DNA of 64,000 nt, from positions 64,001 through 128,000 of the IMG/VR virus record IMGVR_UViG_3300030328_002122. One strand, written 5' to 3'. The notes below the pieces were generated by a model. That model was not told the origin of the DNA, ran no database searches, and saw only the letters and a list, made by a program, of their open reading frames with translations. Of this stretch, positions 9,553 through 19,636 are shown piece by piece; the first letter of the stretch is position 1, and the number at the start of each line of letters is the position of its first letter. The position numbers and the translations under genes were made by a program. The DNA comes from a virus.

Positions 9553-10977
9553 ATGACTAAAGTATATAGCACAGTTGTGTATGATAAAACACGACAATCA
9601 ATGACAATCGCAAGTTACCTTAAATGGGCAAGTACAGTTGCAAAACTTACAAAAAAAGAAAAGAAACTTTTGAAGAAATATTTCTTCATTGATATTGACC
9701 TTGCATTTCAATCGAGAGCAAGATGGTCAATGACACAAAAAGAAAACTTTATCAACTCTTGTCTTATTGATATGAATATTAGTAAATTTGTTTTAGTGGA
9801 TGTTCAGAGATGTAGAGATGCTTCACACAAAAATTCAGATGATTACAAATATTATGACTCTTGGTTTAAAAAGGGTGTTAATTATCTTAACGTAGATTCT
9901 AACAACAGAACTACAACTTTCAGAGAATTTGAAAAAGATGAAGTTGCAATACCTCTTGGTGATTATTTTGTAGATGGAACTACATATACTGTAACAAAAG
10001 ATACAAACTTATGTTCAACAATGAATGAGGATTTGAAGCAAACCTTTCTTGCAAATAAAACTTCTGTTCACATTGTTGTAGATGCTACAAGAGAACAATT
10101 GTCAGATCTCTTTATGAGAATGAACAGTGGTGAGTCTTTAAATTTTGAAGAACAGATTAATTGTTCATATAGTACTACTTGTGATGTCATAAGAGAATTG
10201 GTAGACACTCAAGTTAAATCTCTTAGTGATGCAAAATTATTCTCTGAGAAAGAAATTAACAGACGAAAAATTGATGGTTGGTTTGCTCATATTTTCTTTT
10301 TGTGGAGTCAACAATTTTCAACAAGTTTTACAAATACTGTTCATAAAAAATGGTATAGTTCAGACTCAGTTTCAAATAAATCTGTAAACACCTTTGTAAA
10401 AGATTGGAATTCTTTTATGGAATTAATCGCTGGAAAAGTAAAACTTTTTCATCATAAATGGGTCTTATTCGATTTATTTTATCAAATAGTAAAACAACAA
10501 AGATTGCATAAAGAACTTGTAAATGAAAATGTTGTTATGGATTTTATCGAAATGTACACTAAGTTGGCAGAAGATAAGAAACCTAGATATTCATATGATG
10601 AAACAATTACTGATGAGTCTGTGTTGTTTCCTTTTAAACAGTTTACGAGGGGTGGAGATGTTAATAACTTCAACGCTAGACATAGAGTATATGAATCAAA
10701 AGGTTGGGATATTTCAAAGTACTTTGGTAGTCCAGACCCAAAAGACTCAACTAGAACTTTTACAAGGATTGAAAAACAAGCAATCGCAGTTAGGGATAGT
10801 TGGAAAGATAGTGATGGTGATATGTTTGAACCAGAGTCTTTATTTGATGGTGATTTAGATTGTGGACATATTATTTCTCACAATAAAAAAGGGAAAACAG
10901 TATTGTCAAATGGTGTAGTAGAAAAAATGCCTAAAAATCGTGGTAAACATGACAAGGAAACAATAGTAACTAGATGA
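9553..10977 (+). CDS. DUF262 (ParB-like) + C-terminal HNH protein, GmrSD-like
   Basis: FQSRARW (QR..W), VDSNNRTTT (DGQQR variant), LFMRMNSG (F.R.N.G); C-terminal DCGHIISH.K.G.T...N......N..K. Confidence 0.7.
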   Translation: MTKVYSTVVYDKTRQSMTIASYLKWASTVAKLTKKEKKLLKKYFFIDIDLAFQSRARWSMTQKENFINSCLIDMNISKFVLVDVQRCRDASHKNSDDYKYYDSWFKKGVNYLNVDSNNRTTTFREFEKDEVAIPLGDYFVDGTTYTVTKDTNLCSTMNEDLKQTFLANKTSVHIVVDATREQLSDLFMRMNSGESLNFEEQINCSYSTTCDVIRELVDTQVKSLSDAKLFSEKEINRRKIDGWFAHIFFLWSQQFSTSFTNTVHKKWYSSDSVSNKSVNTFVKDWNSFMELIAGKVKLFHHKWVLFDLFYQIVKQQRLHKELVNENVVMDFIEMYTKLAEDKKPRYSYDETITDESVLFPFKQFTRGGDVNNFNARHRVYESKGWDISKYFGSPDPKDSTRTFTRIEKQAIAVRDSWKDSDGDMFEPESLFDGDLDCGHIISHNKKGKTVLSNGVVEKMPKNRGKHDKETIVTR

Positions 10978-12026
10978 AAATACTTTTACCTTATCAAGAT
11001 CCATATGATAGACCTCTCACTCACCCAATTGTGAGTGGGGGTACTGAAATGTTCTGTAAAAGTATTTACGATAATTTTGATGTAGAGGTTTTGCAGTTTG
11101 AATGTAAAGACATTTTAGAACAAAAAGAACTTTACACTCGTAAATATATACAAGAACAACAAAAAAAGATTATAGAAAAAGCAGAGGAGTGTAACGCAGA
11201 TGTTATAGTTAATAACTTTGCTTGGTCTGGATTTTGTGGTTCAGTAATATCTAAATCACATATTCCAATAATGAATGTTGAGCATTGTTTCTATCCATTT
11301 TTATCCATCATAAATAAATGGGATAAGTTAATTAAAAATGGACACTCTGTATTTCTTGTATCTAACTTCCAAAAAAAGTTCTACGATAAAATGACAAAAA
11401 GAGCTAAGTTTGAACCATTTCCCTTTAACATTATTAGTCCATCATATTGTAAAACAAAACCAGATATTTTAGATAACGAATATGATTGTGGCACTATTGG
11501 CAGATGTGACAAAGAAAAGAATCCTTTCAAATTAAAGCATATGACTAAACATACAGATTTAAATACGTTGGTTATAACATCAAAATCTTCACATGAAAAA
11601 AATTCAAAATATTATGAAACCAATAAGAATTGGAATAATGTTATTTGGGATAAACCACATGATGAGGTTGTAAAGAATATTTCAAAATGTAAAACATTCT
11701 TCTCTACTTGGAATAAAGAAACATGGGGAATAACTGCACTAGAATCTTTATCTTGTGGTGTGCCAGTAATACTAAATTGTGATAATGATGGTGACCATGC
11801 ATCTGAGATTATTCCTGCTCATAAAAGTCATTATAAGAAAATACCTAATAATGACAAGTCTGCATTGATTGATGCGATTGATAGTTTTGATGTAGATAAA
11901 AAAGAAGTTCAAGAAATGACATGGGAAAAACATAATTTGGATAATTGGAAAAAACAATTTTCTAATGCTGTTTCAATTACAATAGATAAGTTTAAAAGAC
12001 CAAATTTACTTGACTTTTTAAACTAA
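10974..12026 (+). CDS. Glycosyltransferase family 4 (GT-B)
   Basis: N-terminal SGGTE, GR...EKN and the E-x7-E motif ETWGITALESLSCGVPVI. Confidence 0.88.
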   Translation: MKILLPYQDPYDRPLTHPIVSGGTEMFCKSIYDNFDVEVLQFECKDILEQKELYTRKYIQEQQKKIIEKAEECNADVIVNNFAWSGFCGSVISKSHIPIMNVEHCFYPFLSIINKWDKLIKNGHSVFLVSNFQKKFYDKMTKRAKFEPFPFNIISPSYCKTKPDILDNEYDCGTIGRCDKEKNPFKLKHMTKHTDLNTLVITSKSSHEKNSKYYETNKNWNNVIWDKPHDEVVKNISKCKTFFSTWNKETWGITALESLSCGVPVILNCDNDGDHASEIIPAHKSHYKKIPNNDKSALIDAIDSFDVDKKEVQEMTWEKHNLDNWKKQFSNAVSITIDKFKRPNLLDFLN

Positions 12027-12053
12027 ATATCACATATACAATATGAGGTAAAA

Positions 12054-13226
12054 ATGATTATAGAAGAAGATACCAAACTAGATTTTTCTGATGTATTAAT
12101 CAGACCAAAAAGATCAACTCTTAAATCAAGAAAACAAGTAAATTTATTTAGAACTATGGACTTTAGAAATGCTAAAGGACATGATAGACGTTTTTATGGA
12201 ATACCTATTATTGCATCTAATATGGATGGTGTAGGTACTATGGAGATTGCAGATATTTTAGCTTCAGAAAGAATGTTTAGTTGTCTAGTTAAAACATATA
12301 ATACAAATGAATTAGTTGAATATTTTGATGCAGATGTATTAGGACAAGATGCATTTGATATATATCCAATGAGAACTGAACACGTTGCAATGTGTATTGG
12401 TGCAACTGAAGAAGAATATCTAAAGTTCAGAGATGTTTATGAACTTACTGATGGTAAAATAAAATATTTGTGTGTTGATGTTGCAAATGGTTACACAGAA
12501 ATGTTTAGTAACTTTATATATAATATAAGATCTAATCATCCAGAATTAGTCATTATTGCTGGTAATGTTGTAACAGCAGATATGACACAAGAACTAATAT
12601 TAAATGGTGCAGATATAATAAAAGTTGGTATTGGGCCTGGTTCTGTTTGTACAACAAGAGTTCATACTGGAATTGGTTATCCACAACTATCTGCAATTAT
12701 AGAATGTGCAGATGCAGCTCATGGTTTAGGTGGTCATATTATTGCAGATGGTGGTTGTACTACAAGTGGTGATATTGCAAAAGCATTTGGTGGTGGTGCA
12801 GATTTTGTTATGTTAGGGGGTATGTTTGCTGGACATGATGAAGGTGGTGGAGAAATAATTTCTACAGAACATATTACTAGTGAAATAAAAAATGTTAATA
12901 GAGGCTCACCTTTGTTTGTTGAAGGTCAAGAAGCACATAGGGAAACTAAAAAAAGACAAATGATTCATTTTTATGGAATGAGTTCTACGATTGCAAATGA
13001 TAAACATTTTGGTGGGTTAAAAGATTATCGTGCAAGTGAAGGTAAAGAAGTTATGATACCTTACAAAGGCCCTATTAAAGATACCATACAACATATACTT
13101 GGTGGATTGAGATCTACTTGTACTTATGTTGGTGCAAAACAAATAAAACACTTGACAAAGTGTACAACATTTGTTAAAGTAAACAAAACCCATAATACAA
13201 TATTTGGAGATTCTAATGGAAGGTGA
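12054..13226 (+). CDS. guaC: GMP reductase
   Basis: LDFSDVLIRPKRSTL.SR, IIASNMD, DVANGY, KVGIGPGSVCTTR, FYGMSS and YRASEGK. Confidence 0.95.
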   Translation: MIIEEDTKLDFSDVLIRPKRSTLKSRKQVNLFRTMDFRNAKGHDRRFYGIPIIASNMDGVGTMEIADILASERMFSCLVKTYNTNELVEYFDADVLGQDAFDIYPMRTEHVAMCIGATEEEYLKFRDVYELTDGKIKYLCVDVANGYTEMFSNFIYNIRSNHPELVIIAGNVVTADMTQELILNGADIIKVGIGPGSVCTTRVHTGIGYPQLSAIIECADAAHGLGGHIIADGGCTTSGDIAKAFGGGADFVMLGGMFAGHDEGGGEIISTEHITSEIKNVNRGSPLFVEGQEAHRETKKRQMIHFYGMSSTIANDKHFGGLKDYRASEGKEVMIPYKGPIKDTIQHILGGLRSTCTYVGAKQIKHLTKCTTFVKVNKTHNTIFGDSNGR

Positions 13227-13620
13227 TTTATTAACAGATTATGAAGAGTTCGTTAATGAGGTAACGAGTCAAGCTTCAAAAAGTCCTAAAAACTTTATAG
13301 ACGAAATTGATAGGATTGAAGAACAAGGAGTTAATCCAGCAAGACTTTTAACTGCAAGTGTAGGTTTGTCTGGTGAAAGTGGTGAATTTAGTGATATAGT
13401 AAAGAAGGTAGTATTTCAAGGTAAAGAAATAGATGATGATGTAGTTAAACATCTTAGGTCTGAACTTGGTGATATCATGTGGTATGTAGCACAAGGGTGT
13501 TTGGCTTTAGATACAACTATTGAAGAATTAATAGATATTAATACTGCGAAACTTGAGTCTAGATATCCTGGCGGTTTCTCAATGTTTAGATCTGAAAATA
13601 GACGTAAGGACGATATATAA
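13216..13620 (+). CDS. MazG-like NTP pyrophosphohydrolase
   Basis: GLSGESGEFSDIVKK, ELGDIMWYVAQ and N..KL..RYP. Start taken at MEGDLL, downstream of a ggaga SD. Confidence 0.88.
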   Translation: MEGDLLTDYEEFVNEVTSQASKSPKNFIDEIDRIEEQGVNPARLLTASVGLSGESGEFSDIVKKVVFQGKEIDDDVVKHLRSELGDIMWYVAQGCLALDTTIEELIDINTAKLESRYPGGFSMFRSENRRKDDI

Positions 13621-14676
13621 ATGGATTTTTTAAAAGAGATTGTAAAAACAACTGGTAATGAGTATGCAGCTTTAGTTTCAGATGGAGTAGAAGCAGGAGA
13701 TGTAGATTCATTTATTGACTCTGGTTCTTACATTTTCAATGCATTATTATCTGGTAGTATCTATGGTGGATTGCCTAGTAATAAGATAACTGCAATCGCT
13801 GGTGAAAGTGCAACAGGAAAAACATTTTTTGTTATGGGTATGGTCAAAAGTTTTCTAGATGCAAATCCAGATGCTGGTGTTTTATACTTTGAATCAGAAT
13901 CTGCAATTACAAAACAGATGGTAATCGACAGAGGTATAGATCCAAACAGAATGGTGATTGTTCCTGTAACAACTGTACAAGAATTTAGAACACAAGCTAT
14001 TCGTGTACTAGATAAGTTGTTAGAACAAAATGAATCAGATAGAAAACCCATCATGTTATGTCTTGATTCACTTGGTATGTTATCTACTACAAAAGAAGTA
14101 GAAGATACTGCTGATGGAAAAGAAACTAGAGATATGACACGAGCACAAGTTCTTAAAGCTGCATTTCGTGTATTAACTTTAAAACTAGGTCGTGCAAAAG
14201 TACCAATGGTTGTTACTAATCATACTTATGATGTTGTTGGTTCTATGTTTCCTACAAAAGAAATGGGTGGTGGTTCTGGACTAAAGTATGCAGCTTCATC
14301 TATTGTATATCTTTCAAAAAAGAAAGAGAAAGATGGAACTGAAGTAATTGGTAATATTGTACATTGTAAAAATGCAAAATCAAGACTTACAGTAGAAAAT
14401 AAAATGGTTGATGTAAGATTAACCTATACTAAAGGTTTAGACAGACACTATGGATTACTTGACCTTGCACTCAAGTATGGTATATTTAAATCTGTTTCTA
14501 CAAGAATAGAATTACCAGATGGTTCAAAGACATTTGGTAAAACAATAAATAATGATCCTACTAAGTTCTTTACTGAAGATATTATGAAACAGTTAGACGA
14601 ATGTGCAACTAAAGAATTTAAGTATGGAAACAAAAAAGCTGAGGAAGTTGTAGATGGTAGTTCTGAGCAAACTTGA
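13621..14676 (+). CDS. uvsX: RecA-like recombinase UvsX
   Basis: [21 protein letters not shown] and [12 protein letters not shown]. Confidence 0.96.
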   Translation: MDFLKEIVKTTGNEYAALVSDGVEAGDVDSFIDSGSYIFNALLSGSIYGGLPSNKITAIAGESATGKTFFVMGMVKSFLDANPDAGVLYFESESAITKQMVIDRGIDPNRMVIVPVTTVQEFRTQAIRVLDKLLEQNESDRKPIMLCLDSLGMLSTTKEVEDTADGKETRDMTRAQVLKAAFRVLTLKLGRAKVPMVVTNHTYDVVGSMFPTKEMGGGSGLKYAASSIVYLSKKKEKDGTEVIGNIVHCKNAKSRLTVENKMVDVRLTYTKGLDRHYGLLDLALKYGIFKSVSTRIELPDGSKTFGKTINNDPTKFFTEDIMKQLDECATKEFKYGNKKAEEVVDGSSEQT

Positions 14677-14995
14677 TATATCTAGATGTTATAAGTTTGT
14701 AGCCAGTGAAGAAGAAGATAATAAGTGGCAAGGTATACAACTCCTAGAATCAACTGGTGAATACAAAGATATCATATACAAATATGGTAAAGTAGAATTT
14801 GCAAAAGAAGAAAATGAAAAGGGTGAAATGCCCTTGACATTTCATTATGATCTGATATATTCAAAAGACATATCTGGAAAAGAATTACAAGAAGATTTAA
14901 ATTTTAAAAATTTACTTGGTGATATACTTATGGATATTATGGAAAAACAACTAGAGGATAACAGCTTACAATATGTCAATTCAACAAAACATTGA
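14654..14995 (+). CDS. gp40-like protein (head vertex assembly chaperone slot)
   Basis: Lies between uvsX and 41; Y.YGKV.F and L.F.Y motifs. Confidence 0.55.
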   Translation: MVVLSKLDISRCYKFVASEEEDNKWQGIQLLESTGEYKDIIYKYGKVEFAKEENEKGEMPLTFHYDLIYSKDISGKELQEDLNFKNLLGDILMDIMEKQLEDNSLQYVNSTKH

Positions 14996-16376
14996 ACGCA
15001 CAACATTATCAAACTTAATATCTAATGAACCTTATGCACGTAAGGTTTTACCATTTCTAAAACCAGAGTATTACTCTGATATTCATGATCGTGTTATATT
15101 TGAGGAGATAAATAAGTTTATAGAAAAATATGGTAATCTCCCTACCAAACAAACACTATCAATTGAATTAGATAATAGGAAAGATTTAAACCAAGAACAA
15201 TTTGGTAAAGTATTAGAGATTATAGAAACTCTAAACAAACATGATGTTGATATGCAATGGTTGGTAGAAACGACAGAAAAGTTTTGTAAAGACAAGGCAG
15301 TATATAATGCAATCATTAGTGGTATACAAATCATTGATGGAAAAGATAAACAACATACGCCTGAAGCAATTCCAAGTATTTTATCTGAAGCACTTGCAGT
15401 TGCATTTGACCAGAATGTAGGACATGATTATGTCGAGAATGGTAAAGAACGATTTGAGTTTTACCATAAAAAAGAAGAAAGAATGGAGTTTGACCTTGAG
15501 TATTTTAATAGAATAACAAAGGGTGGACTACCACAAAAAACACTAAACATTGCACTTGCTGGAACTGGTGTAGGTAAATCGTTGTTCATGTGTCACATGG
15601 CTGCATCTACACTTATGCAAGGTAAAAATGTTTTGTATATAACAATGGAGATGGCAGAAGAACGTATTGCAGAAAGAATTGATGCGAATCTAATGAATAT
15701 AACTATGGACGAATTGCATGAATTACCTAAGAAAATGTTTACTGATCGTCTTTCAAAAATACAAAAAAAGACCAATGGAAAGTTAATTATTAAAGAATAT
15801 CCAACTGCGTCTGCCCATACTGGGCATTTTCGTAGTTTGATAAAAGAACTTGCACTCAAGAAGTCATTTAAACCAGATATTATTTTTATTGATTATTTGA
15901 ATATATGTGCATCATCAAGATTTAAGGGGAACGCAAATGTTGGTTCTTACTTCTATATCAAAGCGATTGCAGAAGAACTTAGGGGTCTTGCAGTTGAAAA
16001 TATTGTTCCTATTATGTCGGCGACACAAACTACTAGAAGTGGATTTTCATCAAGCGACGTTGGGCTGGAAGATACATCAGAAAGTTTTGGTTTGCCTGCT
16101 ACAGCTGACCTTATGTTTGCACTTATTTCTACAGAGGAACTAGAAGATTTAAATCAAATAATGGTGAAACAATTAAAGAATAGATATAATGATCCTAGTA
16201 TGAATAAAAGATTTATTATAGGTATTGACAGAGCCAGAATGAAATTATATGATTGTGAACAAGAAGCACAAAAGGATATAGTAGATAGTGGACAAGAGAA
16301 CTCTAATAACAAAACTTTCGGATTGGGTCTTGGAAAGAGTAAGACCTATGATAAATTCACAGACATCAAGGTATAA
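14973..16376 (+). CDS. 41: Replicative helicase gp41
   Basis: AGTGVGKS, YITMEMAEE.IAERIDAN, IDYLNI, SATQTTR, SESFGLPATAD and QLKNRY. Confidence 0.97.
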   Translation: MSIQQNIERTTLSNLISNEPYARKVLPFLKPEYYSDIHDRVIFEEINKFIEKYGNLPTKQTLSIELDNRKDLNQEQFGKVLEIIETLNKHDVDMQWLVETTEKFCKDKAVYNAIISGIQIIDGKDKQHTPEAIPSILSEALAVAFDQNVGHDYVENGKERFEFYHKKEERMEFDLEYFNRITKGGLPQKTLNIALAGTGVGKSLFMCHMAASTLMQGKNVLYITMEMAEERIAERIDANLMNITMDELHELPKKMFTDRLSKIQKKTNGKLIIKEYPTASAHTGHFRSLIKELALKKSFKPDIIFIDYLNICASSRFKGNANVGSYFYIKAIAEELRGLAVENIVPIMSATQTTRSGFSSSDVGLEDTSESFGLPATADLMFALISTEELEDLNQIMVKQLKNRYNDPSMNKRFIIGIDRARMKLYDCEQEAQKDIVDSGQENSNNKTFGLGLGKSKTYDKFTDIKV

Positions 16377-16569
16377 AAAAGTGGACTATTTTATACAAGA
16401 GAATGGTACTGGTTGGAATGTAGTTGAATACCCAACTAATGATGTTGTCAGAACATTTCGTACTAAAACAGAAGCAGACAAAGTTGCAAAAGAAATATCT
16501 AGAATTAGACCTTTCGGAAATAGTACTATTCCAGATTTTTTAAAAGGTAATATTGACACAGTAGAATAA
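16288..16569 (+). CDS. Hypothetical protein (true start may be internal, ~16348)
   Basis: ORF fills the gap after gene 41. Confidence 0.5.
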   Translation: MDKRTLITKLSDWVLERVRPMINSQTSRYKKVDYFIQENGTGWNVVEYPTNDVVRTFRTKTEADKVAKEISRIRPFGNSTIPDFLKGNIDTVE

Positions 16570-16585
16570 TCATGTTATATAAATA
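16553..16585 (+). promoter_or_regulatory. Hybrid sigma70 (TTGACA) / T4 late (TATAAATA 16578-16585) promoter
   Basis: Direct motif match. Confidence 0.7.
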
Positions 16586-16620
16586 GTATAAACTTTTTGT
16601 ATAAATGGAAACTGTGTAAC

Positions 16621-18000
16621 ATGGCTAGAAATTTCTTTCGACAGATTAATCCTATCTGCGAGTCTAATAAAACACCTTTAGATATAGTTCAACAACTTGT
16701 TTCAGAAGCTACAATGAGTATAGCTCAACTGAAAAAAAGAGATAACCTCAATGTCCTTAAAGATTTAATAGACAATAAAAAACCAATAGATACTACAATT
16801 GGTTCTAGAATTATGTCTTGGATAAACCCCCAAAATAAAGTAGCATATGACAATCTTACACCAAAATCAAGTGATAAAGATTTTCAAAGAGTATTTCCAA
16901 GAGGTGCAGAAGTTTTTGTTACTGATAAAAATGAAAAGTTAAAATTATCAGGAATAGAAAAGACAGATATTTTTGGTGGTGGTAAAGGTTCTGGTGGTGG
17001 TTCTTCTGGAACTAAAGATGCTGAATCTGGTCAATGTGTATATTTACAGGTAATATGGGATAATCCAAAAACTGAATTTACTCCAGAAGAAATTTCTTCT
17101 GCATATGATAAAGTTTATGTTGATGCAACAAAAGATGGTGTTTTAAAATTATCAGATGATTGGGTAACATCTTCAATAACAAGTGCAAAATTATTATATA
17201 GAGTTTTAGGTAAAAGAAAGTATTCTTTTCATAGGGGTTCTGCATGGGTAAGTAAACTAGGAGAGTATTTTAAAGATTCTGGTCAAGATTATTTTACTGA
17301 TATTAATAAATGGACACCAGCTGATATTTGGTTGATAGACGATTCACAGTTAGGAAAATATGATTTTGGGGGTGGAGTTGGATTACCATATTTAAATAAT
17401 ATACTTTTACAAGCATATGCAGCTCGTGATATAATTGGTGTATCTTTAAAGAAAACCACTAAAGCAAAACTTAGTCAAATGAATTATAGAAAACCATTTA
17501 AAGAACCTAATTTTACAAGAGTGAATTTTGGTAAAAGAGATTATTTTAAATCTAAAGATGGTTATATTCAATTTAAAGAAGGTGAAATACAATTTAGAAC
17601 CTTTCCTGCTTTTCAAGGAGAGATAATTGGTAAAACAGCAAAACATGGAAAAATAAGTGGTGATAGTGGCCCTTTGGGCCCAATAGGTAAAGTTATGAGA
17701 TCAATTGGAGCTCAACCCATTCCTGCTCGAAAAGATATAACTGCAATGATAAAACAACAAGAAGATGAGTTTTTTCAAAAGTTTCATAATGAATATTCAC
17801 AAGCGGTACAAAAACCATTATCATTAAAAGATTTTAGAACTAATTTGAGTCGTAAAGATAGTGGTTGGTTAGAATCGAAATATCTAGTAACATTTATGTT
17901 TAATCGTATAAGAGGAAAAGAACAACTATTTTTATCTAAAGCATTTAGATATGCAAAATCACAATCTAAAGAATCAGCTGTTCATTTGAAGGTGTATTAA
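16621..18000 (+). CDS. PD-(D/E)xK restriction-endonuclease-fold protein (putative)
   Basis: Helix E (DAESGQC), KWTPADIWL and IGVSLKK catalytic-like motifs. ATG 16621 preferred over the TTG at 16597. Confidence 0.55.
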   Translation: MARNFFRQINPICESNKTPLDIVQQLVSEATMSIAQLKKRDNLNVLKDLIDNKKPIDTTIGSRIMSWINPQNKVAYDNLTPKSSDKDFQRVFPRGAEVFVTDKNEKLKLSGIEKTDIFGGGKGSGGGSSGTKDAESGQCVYLQVIWDNPKTEFTPEEISSAYDKVYVDATKDGVLKLSDDWVTSSITSAKLLYRVLGKRKYSFHRGSAWVSKLGEYFKDSGQDYFTDINKWTPADIWLIDDSQLGKYDFGGGVGLPYLNNILLQAYAARDIIGVSLKKTTKAKLSQMNYRKPFKEPNFTRVNFGKRDYFKSKDGYIQFKEGEIQFRTFPAFQGEIIGKTAKHGKISGDSGPLGPIGKVMRSIGAQPIPARKDITAMIKQQEDEFFQKFHNEYSQAVQKPLSLKDFRTNLSRKDSGWLESKYLVTFMFNRIRGKEQLFLSKAFRYAKSQSKESAVHLKVY

Positions 18001-19247
18001 TGATTAAGTTTAGTAATTTTTTAACTGAAGATAAGGCTGGTAAGAATTTACATCTAGAACATATCGAAGATGAAATTCTAAACTTTGGTGTGCCTGGTGG
18101 TAGAGCTGCAATCAACTTTGTTCAATCACTTAGAGATATGTTATCTGGTTCTTCAAGATCATCAGTCAATATGACAGTCAAATGGGATGGTGCTCCTGCA
18201 ATCTTTGCTGGTACAGATCCTAGTGATGGTAAATTCTTTGTTGCAAAGAAATCAGTATTCAATGTTAATCCAAAATTATATAAGACTAATGCAGAAATAG
18301 ATGCAGATTTATCTGGAGATTTAAATGCAAAATTCAAAGTCGCACTTGCAGAGTTCTCAAAACTTGGAATCAAAGGAGTCCTTCAAGGAGATCTTATGTA
18401 CACCTCAAATGATTTATCGAAAGAAAATGTTGAGGGGATATCATATTACACTTTCCAGCCTAACACTATTGTTTACGCTGTTCCTATTGACAGCACTTTA
18501 GGTAAGGTTATAAAGAGTTCTAAGATAGGAGTTGTATGGCATACAACATATACAGGAGATAATCTACAGGATATGAAAGCTTCTTTTGGTGCAAACATAA
18601 GTGGTCTTAAAACTGTATCAAGTGTTTGGATGGATGATGCAACTTATAAAGATGTATCTGGTAAAGCAACAATGACAGAAAAAGAAACTACATCAGTTAC
18701 TAAGTCATTATCAAATGCTGGTTCTATGTTCCAAAAAATAAACTCATCTATGTTAAGTAAGTTTTTAAATATACAAAATACATTTACTGGTAACCTATCT
18801 GGTGCATCTTTGAAAACATATAACAATAGTAAAGTACGACAGGGTAAACCTGTATCAAATCCAAAATCCCATGCACAAGGATATATAAGTTGGGTAGAAG
18901 ATACGTTTCAAAAACAAATTGATAAACTAAAAACACAATCAAGAAAAGATGCACTAGAGAATAAAAAGAAAGAAATATCTCGTGAGTTGCAAAAACATAC
19001 TTCTAATCTTACAAATGTGATCGCATTTCAAAATTATATAGTAGAAGCAAAGATGGGAATCGTAAGGAAACTAAATAGTGTTAAGGGGTTGACTAATACT
19101 TTTATCAAAACTGCAAATGGATTTAAAGTAACTAATCCAGAGGGGTATGTTGCAATAGATAGAATTTCTGGTAATGCAGTTAAACTTGTTGATAGAATGG
19201 AGTTTAGTTTTAACAACTTTACTGCAATAAAGGCGTGGGACAAATGA
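18000..19247 (+). CDS. ATP-dependent ligase-fold nucleotidyltransferase (RNA-ligase-like, DUF6267-like)
   Basis: Motif I VKWDG, motif III-like LQGDLMY, motif IV PEGYV and motif V VKLVDR. N-terminus MIKFSNFLTE. Confidence 0.65.
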   Translation: MIKFSNFLTEDKAGKNLHLEHIEDEILNFGVPGGRAAINFVQSLRDMLSGSSRSSVNMTVKWDGAPAIFAGTDPSDGKFFVAKKSVFNVNPKLYKTNAEIDADLSGDLNAKFKVALAEFSKLGIKGVLQGDLMYTSNDLSKENVEGISYYTFQPNTIVYAVPIDSTLGKVIKSSKIGVVWHTTYTGDNLQDMKASFGANISGLKTVSSVWMDDATYKDVSGKATMTEKETTSVTKSLSNAGSMFQKINSSMLSKFLNIQNTFTGNLSGASLKTYNNSKVRQGKPVSNPKSHAQGYISWVEDTFQKQIDKLKTQSRKDALENKKKEISRELQKHTSNLTNVIAFQNYIVEAKMGIVRKLNSVKGLTNTFIKTANGFKVTNPEGYVAIDRISGNAVKLVDRMEFSFNNFTAIKAWDK

Positions 19248-19636
19248 AAACATATGAAGAGTTAATGTACGAATTAGAAGAAAAGAAAGCGATGAGCGTT
19301 CTTCAAAGACGTAAGATGGGTATTCGTATGAGAAAGATGATGAAGAACCCAGCCGTTCAAGCGAAGATTGCAAGATCAAAAAAGAAACTTGCTCCAGATT
19401 CAAAAATTTTACAACGTGCAAATAAAGCTGCAAAACAAATTATTATTAAAAAGTTTGCTGGACTACAACCAAATGAATATGCAAATTTATCTATGATGCA
19501 AAGACAAACGATAGATAATAAAATTGTTTCAAAAAAGGCTGGTGCGATTAAAAAGATTGCAAAGAAACTAGTTGTTAAGTTGAAGAAAGCAGAACTAGAA
19601 AGATTGAAAAAAGCAAGAGAGGTTGGAAACCAATGA
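19244..19636 (+). CDS. Basic (Lys/Arg-rich) protein, probable internal head protein
   Basis: N-terminus MKTYEELMYE resembles the T4 capsid-targeting sequence; very basic. Confidence 0.6.
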   Translation: MKTYEELMYELEEKKAMSVLQRRKMGIRMRKMMKNPAVQAKIARSKKKLAPDSKILQRANKAAKQIIIKKFAGLQPNEYANLSMMQRQTIDNKIVSKKAGAIKKIAKKLVVKLKKAELERLKKAREVGNQ

